Part shown: positions 53,761-64,000 of the stretch, piece by piece
Layout of the letters: each line of letters begins with the position of its first letter
Numbering within the stretch: the stretch's first letter is position 1
Assembly (NCBI RefSeq): GCF_902713425.1
Contig: NC_081212.1
Location: 10,036,261-10,100,260 of the forward strand
Direction of reading: 5' to 3'
DNA: 64,000 nucleotides
DNA from: Acipenser ruthenus
Lineage: Eukaryota
The notes under the pieces: generated by a model
What the model was told of the DNA's origin: nothing
What the model saw: only the letters and a program-made list of their open reading frames with translations
Database searches by the model: none
Program-made: the position numbers and the translations under genes

Positions 53761-55147
53761 TAAAAATACATCCTTATCTGTTCTTTAATTAGAATGGATT
53801 AAACCTGGCCAGGTTAAAATAAATTGTTCTTCTCTGCCTTATTTATTAACTTCTCCTGGCTTACTTGTCCAGGCTTGAGGGGGATTTATCAGGGTTCATT
53901 GTATTTATTTTTTCTTGTGAAGGCTCTTCTATTATGCCAGTTGTGGTAATTGTTTTAATTAAAGCCAGCTGGGTTTCATTGATAAAAAGAGAGTATTGTG
54001 GGAAATGGGAGTGTGGCCTGAAAGGAGAGCTGAGCTGTGTTTGCAGGAAGCGTGAAACTGCTAGAGAGTTTGTTGCGGTTTCTTTTTTGCTTTTTAAATT
54101 ATTTAAGCTTATCTAGAAACTATGTAACATTTTTTCTGAAGTAGTACTGAGTTAACTGTCACGAATACAGCTCTGGAATGCTGTTCGTTTTTTATATATA
54201 TGGATGATTTGAAACTGAAGAAAACTGAGATCGATTTGCAACCCAGGAATAACGTGCAGCGGGTCCTCGGACACACGGCAGGAAGGGGTGAGACTGTCTG
54301 TTAGACTTTTCCTTTTTTATGCTGGACAATGTTGGATAACAATTTTTTTTTTTTATAGTATTATGGCCATTTGTTTTGATACTTTATTTTTCTTTGGAAT
54401 ATGTTTTTTGCAAGTTTGATTGGTCTTTAAGCACGATTGACTGTTTTTAGGATTGACTGTCTTGTTTGTCGTTTTTTCTGCAATAAGGAACTTTGTATCT
54501 GCATTAATTTACATGGACTGGGTTTTTTTTGTTAATACTTTTTGATTGTGTTTTAAACTGTTTTGTGTACCGTTCTTACCAGCAATATCCAGGGTTAACA
54601 GGATCATTTTGAGTGGTCTTTGCTGTTTCACTTCCAAAATATTTATAGGGGGAGGCTGTGTGGTCCAGTGGTTAAAGAAAAGAGCTTGTAACCAGGAGGT
54701 CCCCGGTTCAAATCCCACCTCAGTCACTGACTCATTGTGTGACCCTGAGCAAGTCACTTAACCTCCTTGTGCTCCGTCTTTCGGGCGAGACGTAGTTGTA
54801 AGTGGCTCTGCAGCTGATGCATAGTTCACACACCCTAGTCTCTGCGAGTCGCCTTGGATAAAGGCGTCTGCTAAATAAGCAAATAATAATAAATAATATA
54901 TCAGTGTATACACTATGCATTCTATTGTGCTATGAGGTTTCTTTAGATCAGTGTTTAAGGCACATTTTGCTTCCTTTGTATTGACATTGTACTGTTCTAC
55001 AGTTTTTTTCCCACTGTAAAAAGGTTACTGGAGATTAAAACACTCTTACCCACGAACTTTTGGTCCCATTATTCGCTGTCAATCAGTCTTTAATTATCCG
55101 TTTTTTGAAATCAGTTAGTTTTGGCTTGTGTCTTAAAAGTCTGGTTG
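53761..55147. mobile_element. ~1.39-kb insertion between the RT (...EVRSF) and the tether (GLVSYYRRFI), including a second copy of the tRNA-derived SINE at 54648..54899 (plus strand)
   Basis: RT ORF stops exactly at 55148; expected adjacent tether sequence resumes at ~53760; SINE 93 percent similar to 50910..51176. Confidence 0.6.
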
Positions 55148-57452
55148 TTACACCACAAAACTCCTCACCTCAGTTTGATTCTTGGGTATAGGCCACACTC
55201 TTACTGTGTTCACTTTCTTAGGATCTGCTGCAATCCCTTCAGCTGAGATTATATGGCCCAGGTATTTCACTTGCGCAGCAAGCAAATGACACTTAGAAGG
55301 TTTGACCTTTAAGTTCGCCTCCTTCAGCTTATTCAGGACTTCACCCAGATCTGCCCAAGTGTTCTCTAACAGTTTTGCCAAACACGATGGTGTCAGAGAT
55401 AGACCAGGCAAGTCGTCCATTGCAGATCTGCTAGCACCAAGTCCATTAAGCTCTGAAATGTGCTTGGTGCATTACACAAGCCAAAACGGAAGTACATTAA
55501 ACTCATACAGTCCATAGCGGGTCGTAAAAGCTGTCTTGCATTTGTCCTTTGGATCAACTTCAACTTGCCAGTATCCGCTGGCCAGGTCCAGTGTAGAGAA
55601 CCACTTGGCAGAAACTAAAGCATCCAAGGGATCGTCCACTCTTGGTAGGGGGTATGCATCCTTAATGGTTACATCGTTCAGTTTTCTATAGTCCACACAA
55701 AAGCGCAGCCCTCTGTCCTTTGTTCGAACCAGTACGACTGAAGCAGCCCAGGGACTGGTAGTTGTATTAGTCCACTCTCCTGCATTTGTTTTACATGCTA
55801 AACAACCTCTTCCTGAAAATGTAAGGGTACCTTCTGAAATACCATTTTTATTGGTCTGGACTGGCCAGTCTCAATTTGATGGTATGTCTGGTGTGTTCTC
55901 TCCAGGTTGTTGTCACTGCAACTAAACACAGAGATGGTATTCTGGAGAAGTTCCCTGACAGAGAGAAGTTCAGAATGAGACAGTCCCCTTTCATCTAATC
56001 CCAGCTCCCTTATTAGTTCAGAAACAGTCCACGAGCTTCGGCTTACACCATCGGTCTCTTCACTCACATACTCATTAAATTAACTCTTTCCCCAATAGTA
56101 ACATTAGAGACAAAGTTCCCAATAGTAGTACCCTTTCTCAATGTTTGTACTTCATTAGCCAGGTATAGTTCCTTGCTCACGACACAGCACCCGCGCTACC
56201 AGCAAGCCATGTTGATTTGGCAAATTCTGATGGCTCCAGCATCCCCTCTACACCCTCCTGTATCAACTCCTCCACATACCCCTGAATGATTATTTTGGAT
56301 CATGGGGGTATGATTACATCATTCCCCACCACAACAGTTTGATTCTGAAGCACTTTTTGCACAAAATAATGGACATTTTCTGCCAATCAGGGAACACTGT
56401 TTAGTCTTTAGATTAATACTATTTCCATATTTACCAAGAAAATCAGGACCCAACAGCACCTCTTGATGAGCATCATAAGCAACTAAAAAGTCTACAGCTA
56501 AAGCTAGGGAATCTACCTGGCATACAGTTTGCCACAAACCCAGAATTTTCATTATTTCCCCACTCTAACTGTGCCTTTGTATTGAGTAAGGTTTGATTGG
56601 TTTTCCTTTAGTAGCCTGCTCCCACATACCACTAGAGAGGGCAGGGGCTTGAACCACAGTGCCAGCCCATTCTAGTTTTCCTGTACATAGGGACAATCTC
56701 TCCTCAAAATGTCTACTGCAGCCACATTCCCAGCAAACCTGGTTATTCTCACCCTCATAGCTACGGGAATTAGATTGTTCTCTAGGGGGGCCTCTTCCTG
56801 TTATGGGCGATTCCCTGCCCCTATTTGTTTTCTGTTCATGTACAGTACTTTGTAATTGTCTATTTTCTTTATGCAACGACTCGGTTTCCATTCGAGAATT
56901 ATATTGTGCTAAAGTGTTCTTGTTTTACTCAGTTACTCCCTGCACTTTACCATCTACACTACTTGCATTTCCCTGCTCAAGCTCTCTAATCAATTCTAAG
57001 TCAGGAGCCAAATTAATAGCCTCTTCTAGACTAGTATGTTTGGCACTGTGCAGTTGTATACGTACATCTCCACTACCAGCGTGTATGAAAGTGAACTCTC
57101 GCTAGCATATCATGTCCCAGGATGAGCTATAGGGTAAGCTTTAGTGACTAATCTCCTAATAACATTACCACACTCCCTCGCAGATTCTTTTGTTAAATGT
57201 TTCCTAGTTTGAAAAATTCACTCTACTCCAATCTTCACTAGCAGACGGAACCAAGTATCTCCCCATGGCCCCTTTCAAGTTTTTCATAACTGTTACAGCG
57301 GCACCCCCCCATATCCGTGCCCAGCCAGACAGCAATAAAGCCATGAATTTCAATTTCAAATTGTCACTCCACTGATTTGCCTCAGCAGCCATTTCAAATC
57401 GCTCTGCCCAATCAGCCCATTTGCATCCAGACCCAGTAAAGGTTTCTGGCAT
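55148..57452 (-). pseudogene. gypsy gag (57204..57452; zinc knuckle CWECGCSRH in 56565..56891), protease (56319..56552), RT (55472..55696 YPLPRVDDPLDAL...DLASGYWQ; 55148..55420 thumb)
   Basis: ORF track; order gag-PR-RT on minus strand. Confidence 0.65.
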
Positions 57453-57574
57453 AAAAATAAAGGTGCTGCGAACCTTGGTTATTTCTGCTAGAGGATTCTA
57501 TTGCACTACCAGTAGCTTCCATAATAGGTTATATATTAAATTTATCAATAAATAAAATTACAACCCCCCCGCCC

Positions 57575-57595
57575 CCCCCCCCCCGCTTGCCACCA
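57575..57595 (-). promoter_or_regulatory. Possible degenerate tRNA-Leu-type PBS next to the 5' LTR of gypsy element 2 (plus strand ...CCCCCGCTTGCCACCA|g|TGTAACG)
   Basis: Plus strand ends in ...GCCACCA one nt before the LTR; resembles the tRNA-Leu(AAG/TAG) 3' end CCGCTGCCACCA with one extra T. Confidence 0.3.
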
Positions 57596-58865
57596 GTGTA
57601 ACGTAACCTGTCCTGGCTAGGTTGTGCTCTAACTGGATTGAAACAGGAGTAGCGTGTAGCTGCCACCACCTTTGGTTAACTGGGATGGTCCGGATAAATA
57701 ACCCCAGAAGTAGAATGTTATATAGTTATGGTAGCTAGGGAAAAGAGTGAGGCTCCTGGAAACAGCTAGAATCAAAAGGGATATCTTTACTTTTTAAAAA
57801 GGAGTATTTAAAAAAAAAAAAAAAAAAAAAAAAATTATATATACAATATGATCTGGGTATACAACTTAATACAGGCAAAATGGACAATGGTAGAAAAACA
57901 GTTACAACAACCAACAAAATGTTTGATCCAGTCAGTTCTCAGAACAAATCAATTACAATATATTACAGTTAGGCCTTCAGTATAATCATCATACAGCAAT
58001 AAACCAAAGCAATCAAATATTACATTTAAAACCAATATGTGCAACTAAACAAATCGAACTATTAAGTGTTGGTACACAACCAAAATTCAAATCTTAAAAA
58101 AAAACACCATACAATCAAAAGACAACGCTTCAATGCAACACGGTCACACACACTTCAATTATAACAAACACAAATAAGTTAGATTAATTGCTGTATGGAT
58201 AATTAGCAAAACAATAGCAACTCAATCACTAGGCACAATTGCAGAGTATCACCTAGCGGAGAGTGGCATTTAAGAAGTTCCCAGTTTTAGTAGTCAGTTT
58301 ACAAATACAATACTATCAGTAATTCATAAACCATTCAGTGCAAATCAGCAGCAGTAAACGTTTATCAGGAGTTCAGGGCATTTCAGCAGTACTTAACCCT
58401 GGTTATTTGTTTGAGAACAACGATAAATACACGGAGGTAGGTAACAGATTCAAATGTCCACAGTTACCAGTTTCATATTACACGTAACCCAGCAAAAAGA
58501 TACACAAGTGTAGCGCCCCCCTCCAAAACACCATTCGATACTTAACCAAGGATAACCCCCTCGGTTATCCCTAGAATTAAATTGACTACGCCAATTTGAA
58601 GCCAATAACAGGTTCTTTAAAAATCAAGACAGCTCAGTGTGTAAAGTGAGGACAAGGTATAAAAACAACAATAATTTTTTTTACACAGAATCACAGCTTT
58701 TACCTATAGCAGCAGATTTGATAGCAGCAACCTTTAAACTATAGCAGCAGATTTTTAACCAAGAGCGATCCCATCAGACCCTAAGCACTAGGATACTTTA
58801 AGCTAGATAACGTCACACCAACACTTCTAAGTAAAAAGATAACACTATGTAACATAATTTTTGTT

Positions 58866-60168
58866 CCTGGGTAGTAAGTGTTATTTCCTAATTGCTTATG
58901 CCTCAAAAGTATAGAAAATGGCTATTATTCCCCACAAACTTTGCTTTTGTGACCAGGAGTGATATTTTGAAATTTACCTATTTCCAATGAGAAAACGGGC
59001 GGATTTGTGTCTTTTCGTTCACATAAAGTCAGAAAAAAAAACATATGAATCCAAATTAACATGTATTTATACTAAAGTAATACAAAAATGACTACAAAAG
59101 ATTTAGAAGCGAGTAGTTTTTCGAGATTTACGATTATACTGTAAATCACTTTCACGAGTCAGCCCCCAAATGTAGTCTCCCATCATGTTCTCGTTATACT
59201 GTCCTTCACCGACAGCTCATCCAGGAGCCTCAAAGCCGTGCTGCTCCATAATGGTAACAAGTACCCATCTCTTCCCCTGGCTCACTCAGTGCACCTCAAA
59301 GAGGATTACAACAGCATCAAGACCTTGCTGGACGCCTTGAAGTATGAGGAGTACGGCTGGGACCCCGGGAAGGTGCTGATGCCACCACTGCACATCAAAT
59401 TGGGCCTTATGAAACAATTTGTCAGAGCTCTAGATAAGGAGTCGGCAGCCTTCAAGTACCTTCAAGACTTCTTCCCTAAGCTGTCCGAGGCAAAGGTCAA
59501 AGTCGGTGTCTTCGTCGGACCACAGATAAAGAAGATCCTGGCGTGCAATGAATTCCCCAAGAAGCTCACTAGTAAGGAGAAAGCGGTTTGGAACAGCTTT
59601 GTCGCAGTGGTTCGGGGCTTCCTGGGCAATCACAAGGCCGAAAACTATGTGGAGCTGGTTGAGACTCTGGTGAAGAACTACGGCACAATGGGCTGTAGGA
59701 TGTCCCTCAAAGTCCATATCCTTGATGCTCATCTTGATAAATTCAAGGAGAACATGGGAGCGTACTCGGAGGAGCAAGGCGAGCACTTCCACCAGGATAT
59801 ACTGGACTTTGAACGCCGCTACCAAGGACAGTATAATGAGAACATGATGGGAGACTACATTTGGGGGCTGATTCGTGAAAGTGATTTACAGTATAATCGT
59901 AAATCTCGAAAAACTACTCGCTTCTAAATCTTTTGTAGTCATTTTTGTATTACTTTAGTATAAATACATGTTAATTTGGATTCATATGTTGTTTTTTTCT
60001 GACTTTATGTGAACGAAAAGACACAAATTCGCCCGTTTTCTCATTGGAAATAGGTAAATTTCAAAATATCACTGTCCTGGTCACAAAAGCAAAGTTTGTG
60101 GGGAATAATAGCCATTTTCTATACTTTTGAGGCATAAGCAATTAGGAAATAACACTTACTACCCAGGA
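58866..60168. repeat. Large palindrome: ~350-bp inverted arms (58866-59215 is the reverse complement of 59820-60168) around ORF 59238..59927
   Basis: Near-perfect inverted match read directly; one arm contains the 3' coding end of the ORF. Confidence 0.8.
59238..59927 (+). pseudogene. C-terminal portion of a hAT (Charlie/Buster-like; ZBED5/FAM200/GTF2IRD2-like) transposase: ...LHIKLGLMKQFVRALDK...VGVFVGPQIKKIL...FLGNHKAENYVELVETLVKNY...SLKVHILDAHLDKFKENMGAYSEEQGEHFHQDILDFERRYQGQYNENMMGDYIWGL
   Basis: Motifs recalled from the hAT-Buster/Charlie C-terminal region; no N-terminal BED or DDE part present. Confidence 0.5.
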
Positions 60169-61234
60169 ACCAAAAAAAAAAAAAAGTGTTACACAGTGTA
60201 ATAATTCACAGCGCAATAACACTTAAATAACACCCTTCAAAGCAAATAGTGATTTCCACAAACACAATTCCAAACAATAAAATATCAAACCTTAAATAAC
60301 ACACTTTAAAAAAACTAATAATCAGTGATTTTCATAGAAAAACAGAAAACTTCATGCAACCTAAAAAATGCCTAATGCTTAAACCCTCCAATAGCCGCTA
60401 TTTTAGTTAATACACAGGTGGATAAAGTGCAAGTGTGCAATCAAAAGTTAACAGGCCTTTTATAACTATACATTGTAAACACATACACAATTACAGTTAG
60501 GATAATCAGGACAAAGACGCTACTCAGTCTAAACCAACCAATAACACAGAAAAGAAGTTCGTATGCAGCGCTCAAATATTACATCAGCATTCACAGGATC
60601 GTAATTACCAACTCAGAATACAGACAATGCACATTCTCTTTTTTAATCAACCCCATACAATTGCGACCGACGTCTAAGAGCACGGGGGATACTTCACTGA
60701 AACCACTCCAATATAGAGCGGACCAAACTATTCAATATGAATAGTAGTAGTTTACCATTAACTTCCAGCGCTTTAGCCAATTCACAGCGCCCCAGTATTA
60801 CTCTACAAAAGTTACAATCCTTACCAAACAGTAGTTCCCCGACCCGTGCTCTCAGCTCACAAATCTCTCAAACCCGGTCGCTCCCTGGCTGATTAACCCC
60901 ACCTGTTTTTATACAGCTGGCCCCATTACGAATTAGCACTGCAATTACTATGGAGACCAGTAGTCTCCCTGGGGTTTAAAGGGACAGTGCAACGGTAAAA
61001 ATGATAAATAAAAAAAATAAAAAATCACACAATAAAACTCACTTATTACATTCAAAAAATAAACAATACTTCCATTGCAGATCCGTTACACAAGCAAAAT
61101 ACAATAAAATAATAAATAAAATACAGAAAAAAAACTTCCCTTCAATGACAAGTCCAACCCAGCGCGCAGTTCGATGCAATTCGGTTAAATTCAACAGGCA
61201 GCACCGAACGCTGTCAGCGAATCCTCAGCAGCAA

Positions 61235-63108
61235 CCAGTGGCGACTCATGTGGCTTGAAAAACTGGTGGGGCACAGCCCACCCCCGCACCCCCCCCCCCC
61301 CAAAAAAAAAACTGTGCTCAAACCCGGATGCCCGATTTTAACCATTTTTATGTAAACATTAAGCTAGCTTTCTAACATTACCAGATCTTTCATCACAAAC
61401 AGTTTTACACCCGATTGTCACAATCTGTAAACAATACTTTACAGGCAAGGGTCTCTTATCGACAGACAGCTGCACCTGCACTAACCTGAGCGTTTGAAAT
61501 AGAAGAATCGTCACAATCTCGTGCTGTTAATAACATACAGAAGTCAGGTTTGGTTTCTGTTGATGTCTCTGGCGTTGGTGGTTTAGCTTTTTTGTTGTAG
61601 AAAAACTCCAAACGTAGCTGTTTTTTTGCCATTTTAACAGGGCTCAAATTCACTCAGTTTTTAGCACATGTTTTCGCTGACTGAAAAAGTGAACGTCTCA
61701 CACGAGAACAAGTATAACGGTGAAGGCTTGACACGCTTTGGTTATGTTATTAAGTTTTGAAAGTTTGAAATAAACTGCGCACTTACGTATTTTTAAATAA
61801 TAAACTCTGGCATCAGAGTCACAGTGGTGCAATTGGCAACCTGATTTCTTATTCATGCACTGACATTTTATTTTCGAAAAATAAAGAACAATCTTTTTTT
61901 TTTTAAGAGAAGATCCAATAACCAAATACACTGTTGTGGAAAAAAAAAAAAAAAATCAGTTTCCGATTAAAAACAAAAAAGGAAATAGAAAGCAAAGGAC
62001 TTGAACTTTTAACATGCGCATCAGATTTCAATTTCACATTATGATAATAAATAAAAATAACTAAATATAATTTTATTTGTACGTATGGTTGTTCATTTTT
62101 GTTAACTAACAGTTGGTGTTCAAAGCAAACCATTTTATTTAATCTCACAAATCCTGACTAATTTATTACCGTTTGACTGACGCAGGACTGTCTGTGGTAC
62201 CTAATCTTCTGGAGGTTCGGGGGAGGGGGTACTTGTGCACACAGTTGCATTAACTACATTGTAAAAAATGTACTAACAACTGATCCAACGAAAAACTTTG
62301 GTTGATTGACAGCAAATCCAGCTACTCGTTTTTATGGTATCGCACTGCACTGACATTCGCTAGCCTATCGGGCTTTGTTGAGCTGATGGACACGCTGTAG
62401 CCTAAACAAATAATCAGAATGAAAACGAATAGGTAACCGAACTCAGGAATTGAAACAGTTTTGACGTTTCTCTCTTAGCAGCGTCCAGAACTGTTTTCAT
62501 TCTAATTTATTTCTTTAGTTATTCAATTAATAATAGGTTGTACATTTACTACTCCATCTCCAAGACCTTGATAGACTTGGTTACCGTGCCTTGATGAAGC
62601 TGGCTGCTCAATCCGTGAAAAATGATAATTTTATTGGTAGGCTGGCCGCTGGAGAGGTCAGCTGGCAGTAAGATATGTCGAGAGGCGAGTGCATTCTACG
62701 TAAATACATAGGTTACTATTACATAGTAAATGTTCTCTACCCCATCTATGTGTGTAGTAGTAGCTAGGATACACAGCCTATACAGTAATCATAGCCTATA
62801 TGTTTCATGCATCTGTGTTTGGGGTTGAGCAAGTACAGCTTGCTTATGTATTCTCATTGGTTGATAGCAACGCGGTAAATAAAAAGTTCGCTCCGTGAGC
62901 GAAAAGAAAAATCAGCGCCGGCCGTGCCGCGTCCGCCCCGCGTCCTGTGTTAACACACAGGTAGACTATAATGGGAAGCTTTTCCCATTTCTTTATTTCT
63001 TATACAGGTTTCAGTGTGAACGATCCTAACGCAGTGGCTAAACCACTGCCTGGCAGAAATCTGGGGGGGGCACGTGACCAGGCGTGCCCCCCCCACGCGT
63101 CGCCACTG
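61235..63108. mobile_element. Non-autonomous hAT-like element (1874 bp) with TIRs CAGTGGCGAC / GTCGCCACTG and a perfect 8-bp TSD GCAGCAAC (61227-61234 and 63109-63116), inserted in the 5' LTR of gypsy element 2
   Basis: LTR copy 1 reads ...CAGCAGCAACAAAAACC... continuously at the homologous site. Confidence 0.8.
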
Positions 63109-63638
63109 GCAGCAACTAAAACCAAACGGGAGTGAAAACACAAAAATCAGCTTTCATAATCCATCCTCTACATTGCTTTTATCCAGTTTGTTTCCAATTA
63201 TTCAATAACAATGCCGTCATTGATCGTAATGCTCAGTCCAATTAAGGTTCCCAATGTTTCAATCAATGCGTGACTGAGCCGGCTGGCACGTCACAATATC
63301 ATGCAAATTATGTAACTACTTTTCAAAGGCAGTTCTAGTATTCAGACTGTAGTTGCAAAAATAATACAATATCTTTTGACTAGAGTTCATCTTTTAAAAA
63401 CAACTACTTTGCCAACAGAAGAAAAAAAGGCTAACAGAAGACGGTTTCGCTCCGTCGACCTCTGGGTTATAAGGCTCAGCACGCTTCCGCTGCGCCACTC
63501 TGATACAGCTTTTTCTTAAATGAAATACCCATCAATAAAATAAAATAAAATAAATCAATTCTCAGTGCAACTTTTTGACGCAGTCTGCTGCTGGACTCAC
63601 AGAGAGCGGAGACCGCAACAAAAAAATGAACAAGCACA

Positions 63639-63711
63639 TGTTTCCACCCGGTTTCGAACCGGGGACCGTTCGCGTGTTAGGCGAACGTGATAACCACTAC
63701 ACTATGGAAAC
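63639..63711 (-). tRNA. tRNA-Val (anticodon AAC), 73 nt
   Basis: Minus strand reads GTTTCCATAGTGTAGTGGTTATCACGTTCGCCTAACACGCGAACGGTCCCCGGTTCGAAACCGGGTGGAAACA; 7-bp acceptor stem; T7 terminator ~16 nt downstream. Confidence 0.9.
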
Positions 63712-63841
63712 TTTCACATGTACATTGTTACATTCAGCTGGGCTTTAAGTGAAGACTGCCTTACACTGCAGGATCCAAAATGGGTAATCGGCACTGTATG
63801 CTTAGAGCGCAACACACGACTCGTTTATTATTAAGCAACAT

Positions 63842-63914
63842 GTTTCCATAGTGTAGTGGTTATCACGTTCGCCTCACACGCGAAAGGTCCCCGGTTCGAA
63901 ACCGGGTGGAAACA
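63842..63914 (+). tRNA. tRNA-Val (anticodon CAC), 73 nt
   Basis: GTTTCCATAGTGTAGTGGTTATCACGTTCGCCTCACACGCGAAAGGTCCCCGGTTCGAAACCGGGTGGAAACA; T7 run at 63934-63940. Confidence 0.9.
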
Positions 63915-63933
63915 CAGCACGGCATATTTTTTT

Positions 63934-63940
63934 CACTGTA
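63934..63940 (+). terminator. Pol III terminator (TTTTTTT) for the tRNA-Val(CAC) gene
   Basis: T7 run 20 nt downstream of the tRNA 3' end. Confidence 0.7.
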
Positions 63941-64000
63941 TGTATTTATTCTCCCCAGGTAAACAGCCACCCAGACCAGAACGATGTATTTGTAGTGTGC

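Larger units (their letters stand above)
58511..61103. mobile_element. 2.6-kb insertion in the 5' LTR of gypsy element 2, flanked by CACAAG on both sides
   Basis: LTR copy 1 is continuous across the homologous point (51294/51295). Confidence 0.5.
50260..63295 (-). mobile_element. Degenerate Ty3/gypsy LTR retrotransposon (~13 kb including nested insertions): 3' LTR 50260..51636, internal 51637..57596 (gag-PR-RT-RH-IN, multiple stops), 5' LTR 57597..63295 split by insertions
   Basis: Direct LTR matches 50260-50909 to 57597-58389, 51177-51295 to 58390-58510, 51296-51445 to 61110-61234 and 51446-51636 to 63117-63295; both copies begin TGTAACG and end ...CA; approximate flanking TSD TATAC/ATATC. 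Confidence 0.7.

Noticed and set aside
59430-59825. 131-aa minus-strand ORF
   Set aside because: It is antisense to the hAT-like ORF 59238..59927 and is an artefact of the overlapping frame.
63420-63500. tRNA-like stretch gtttcgctccgtcgacctctgggttataaggctcagcacgcttccgctgcgcc
   Set aside because: I could not fold it into a cloverleaf with a proper anticodon arm, so I do not call it a tRNA.

Overview
This window is vertebrate nuclear DNA, most plausibly from a ray-finned fish, not prokaryotic. The evidence is canonical AG/GT splice junctions, tRNA-derived SINEs with (AAT)n tails, Tc1-like transposons with TA target-site duplications (TSDs), Penelope-like elements (PLEs), a LINE, and Ty3/gypsy LTR elements. 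From 1 to about 31.4 kb the plus strand carries the 3' part of a multi-exon host gene. Its exons are short and phase-compatible, and the encoded peptides resemble the region C-terminal to the vWA domain of VIT/vWA-family proteins (PARP4/VWA5-like). The stop codon is at 31444-31446. The introns are littered with SINEs, a hAT remnant, two PLE fragments (reverse transcriptase plus GIY-YIG endonuclease), a hAT miniature element (MITE) with an 8-bp TSD, a minisatellite embedded in a local duplication, a hAT 3' remnant and a Tc1 element. From 32 to 64 kb the sequence is a dense field of transposable elements. It holds two more Tc1-like elements and a 3.1-kb internally deleted Ty3/gypsy element with identical 732-bp LTRs, a GTCCT TSD and a tRNA-Leu-type primer-binding site. 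It also holds a LINE RT remnant, a PIF/Harbinger-like MITE, and a pogo/Tigger-like composite cluster whose transposase is split by an intron-like gap and a frameshift. A degenerate Ty3/gypsy element of about 13 kb follows. Its 3' LTR carries a SINE. Its 5' LTR is split by a 2.6-kb insertion containing a palindromic hAT-transposase C-terminal fragment, and by a 1.9-kb non-autonomous hAT element with an 8-bp TSD. Two divergent tRNA-Val genes (AAC and CAC anticodons) lie at 63.6-63.9 kb. I found no CRISPR array, operon or defence-type system; the notable items here are nested transposable-element architectures. All coordinates are read by eye from the sequence and boundaries are approximate.
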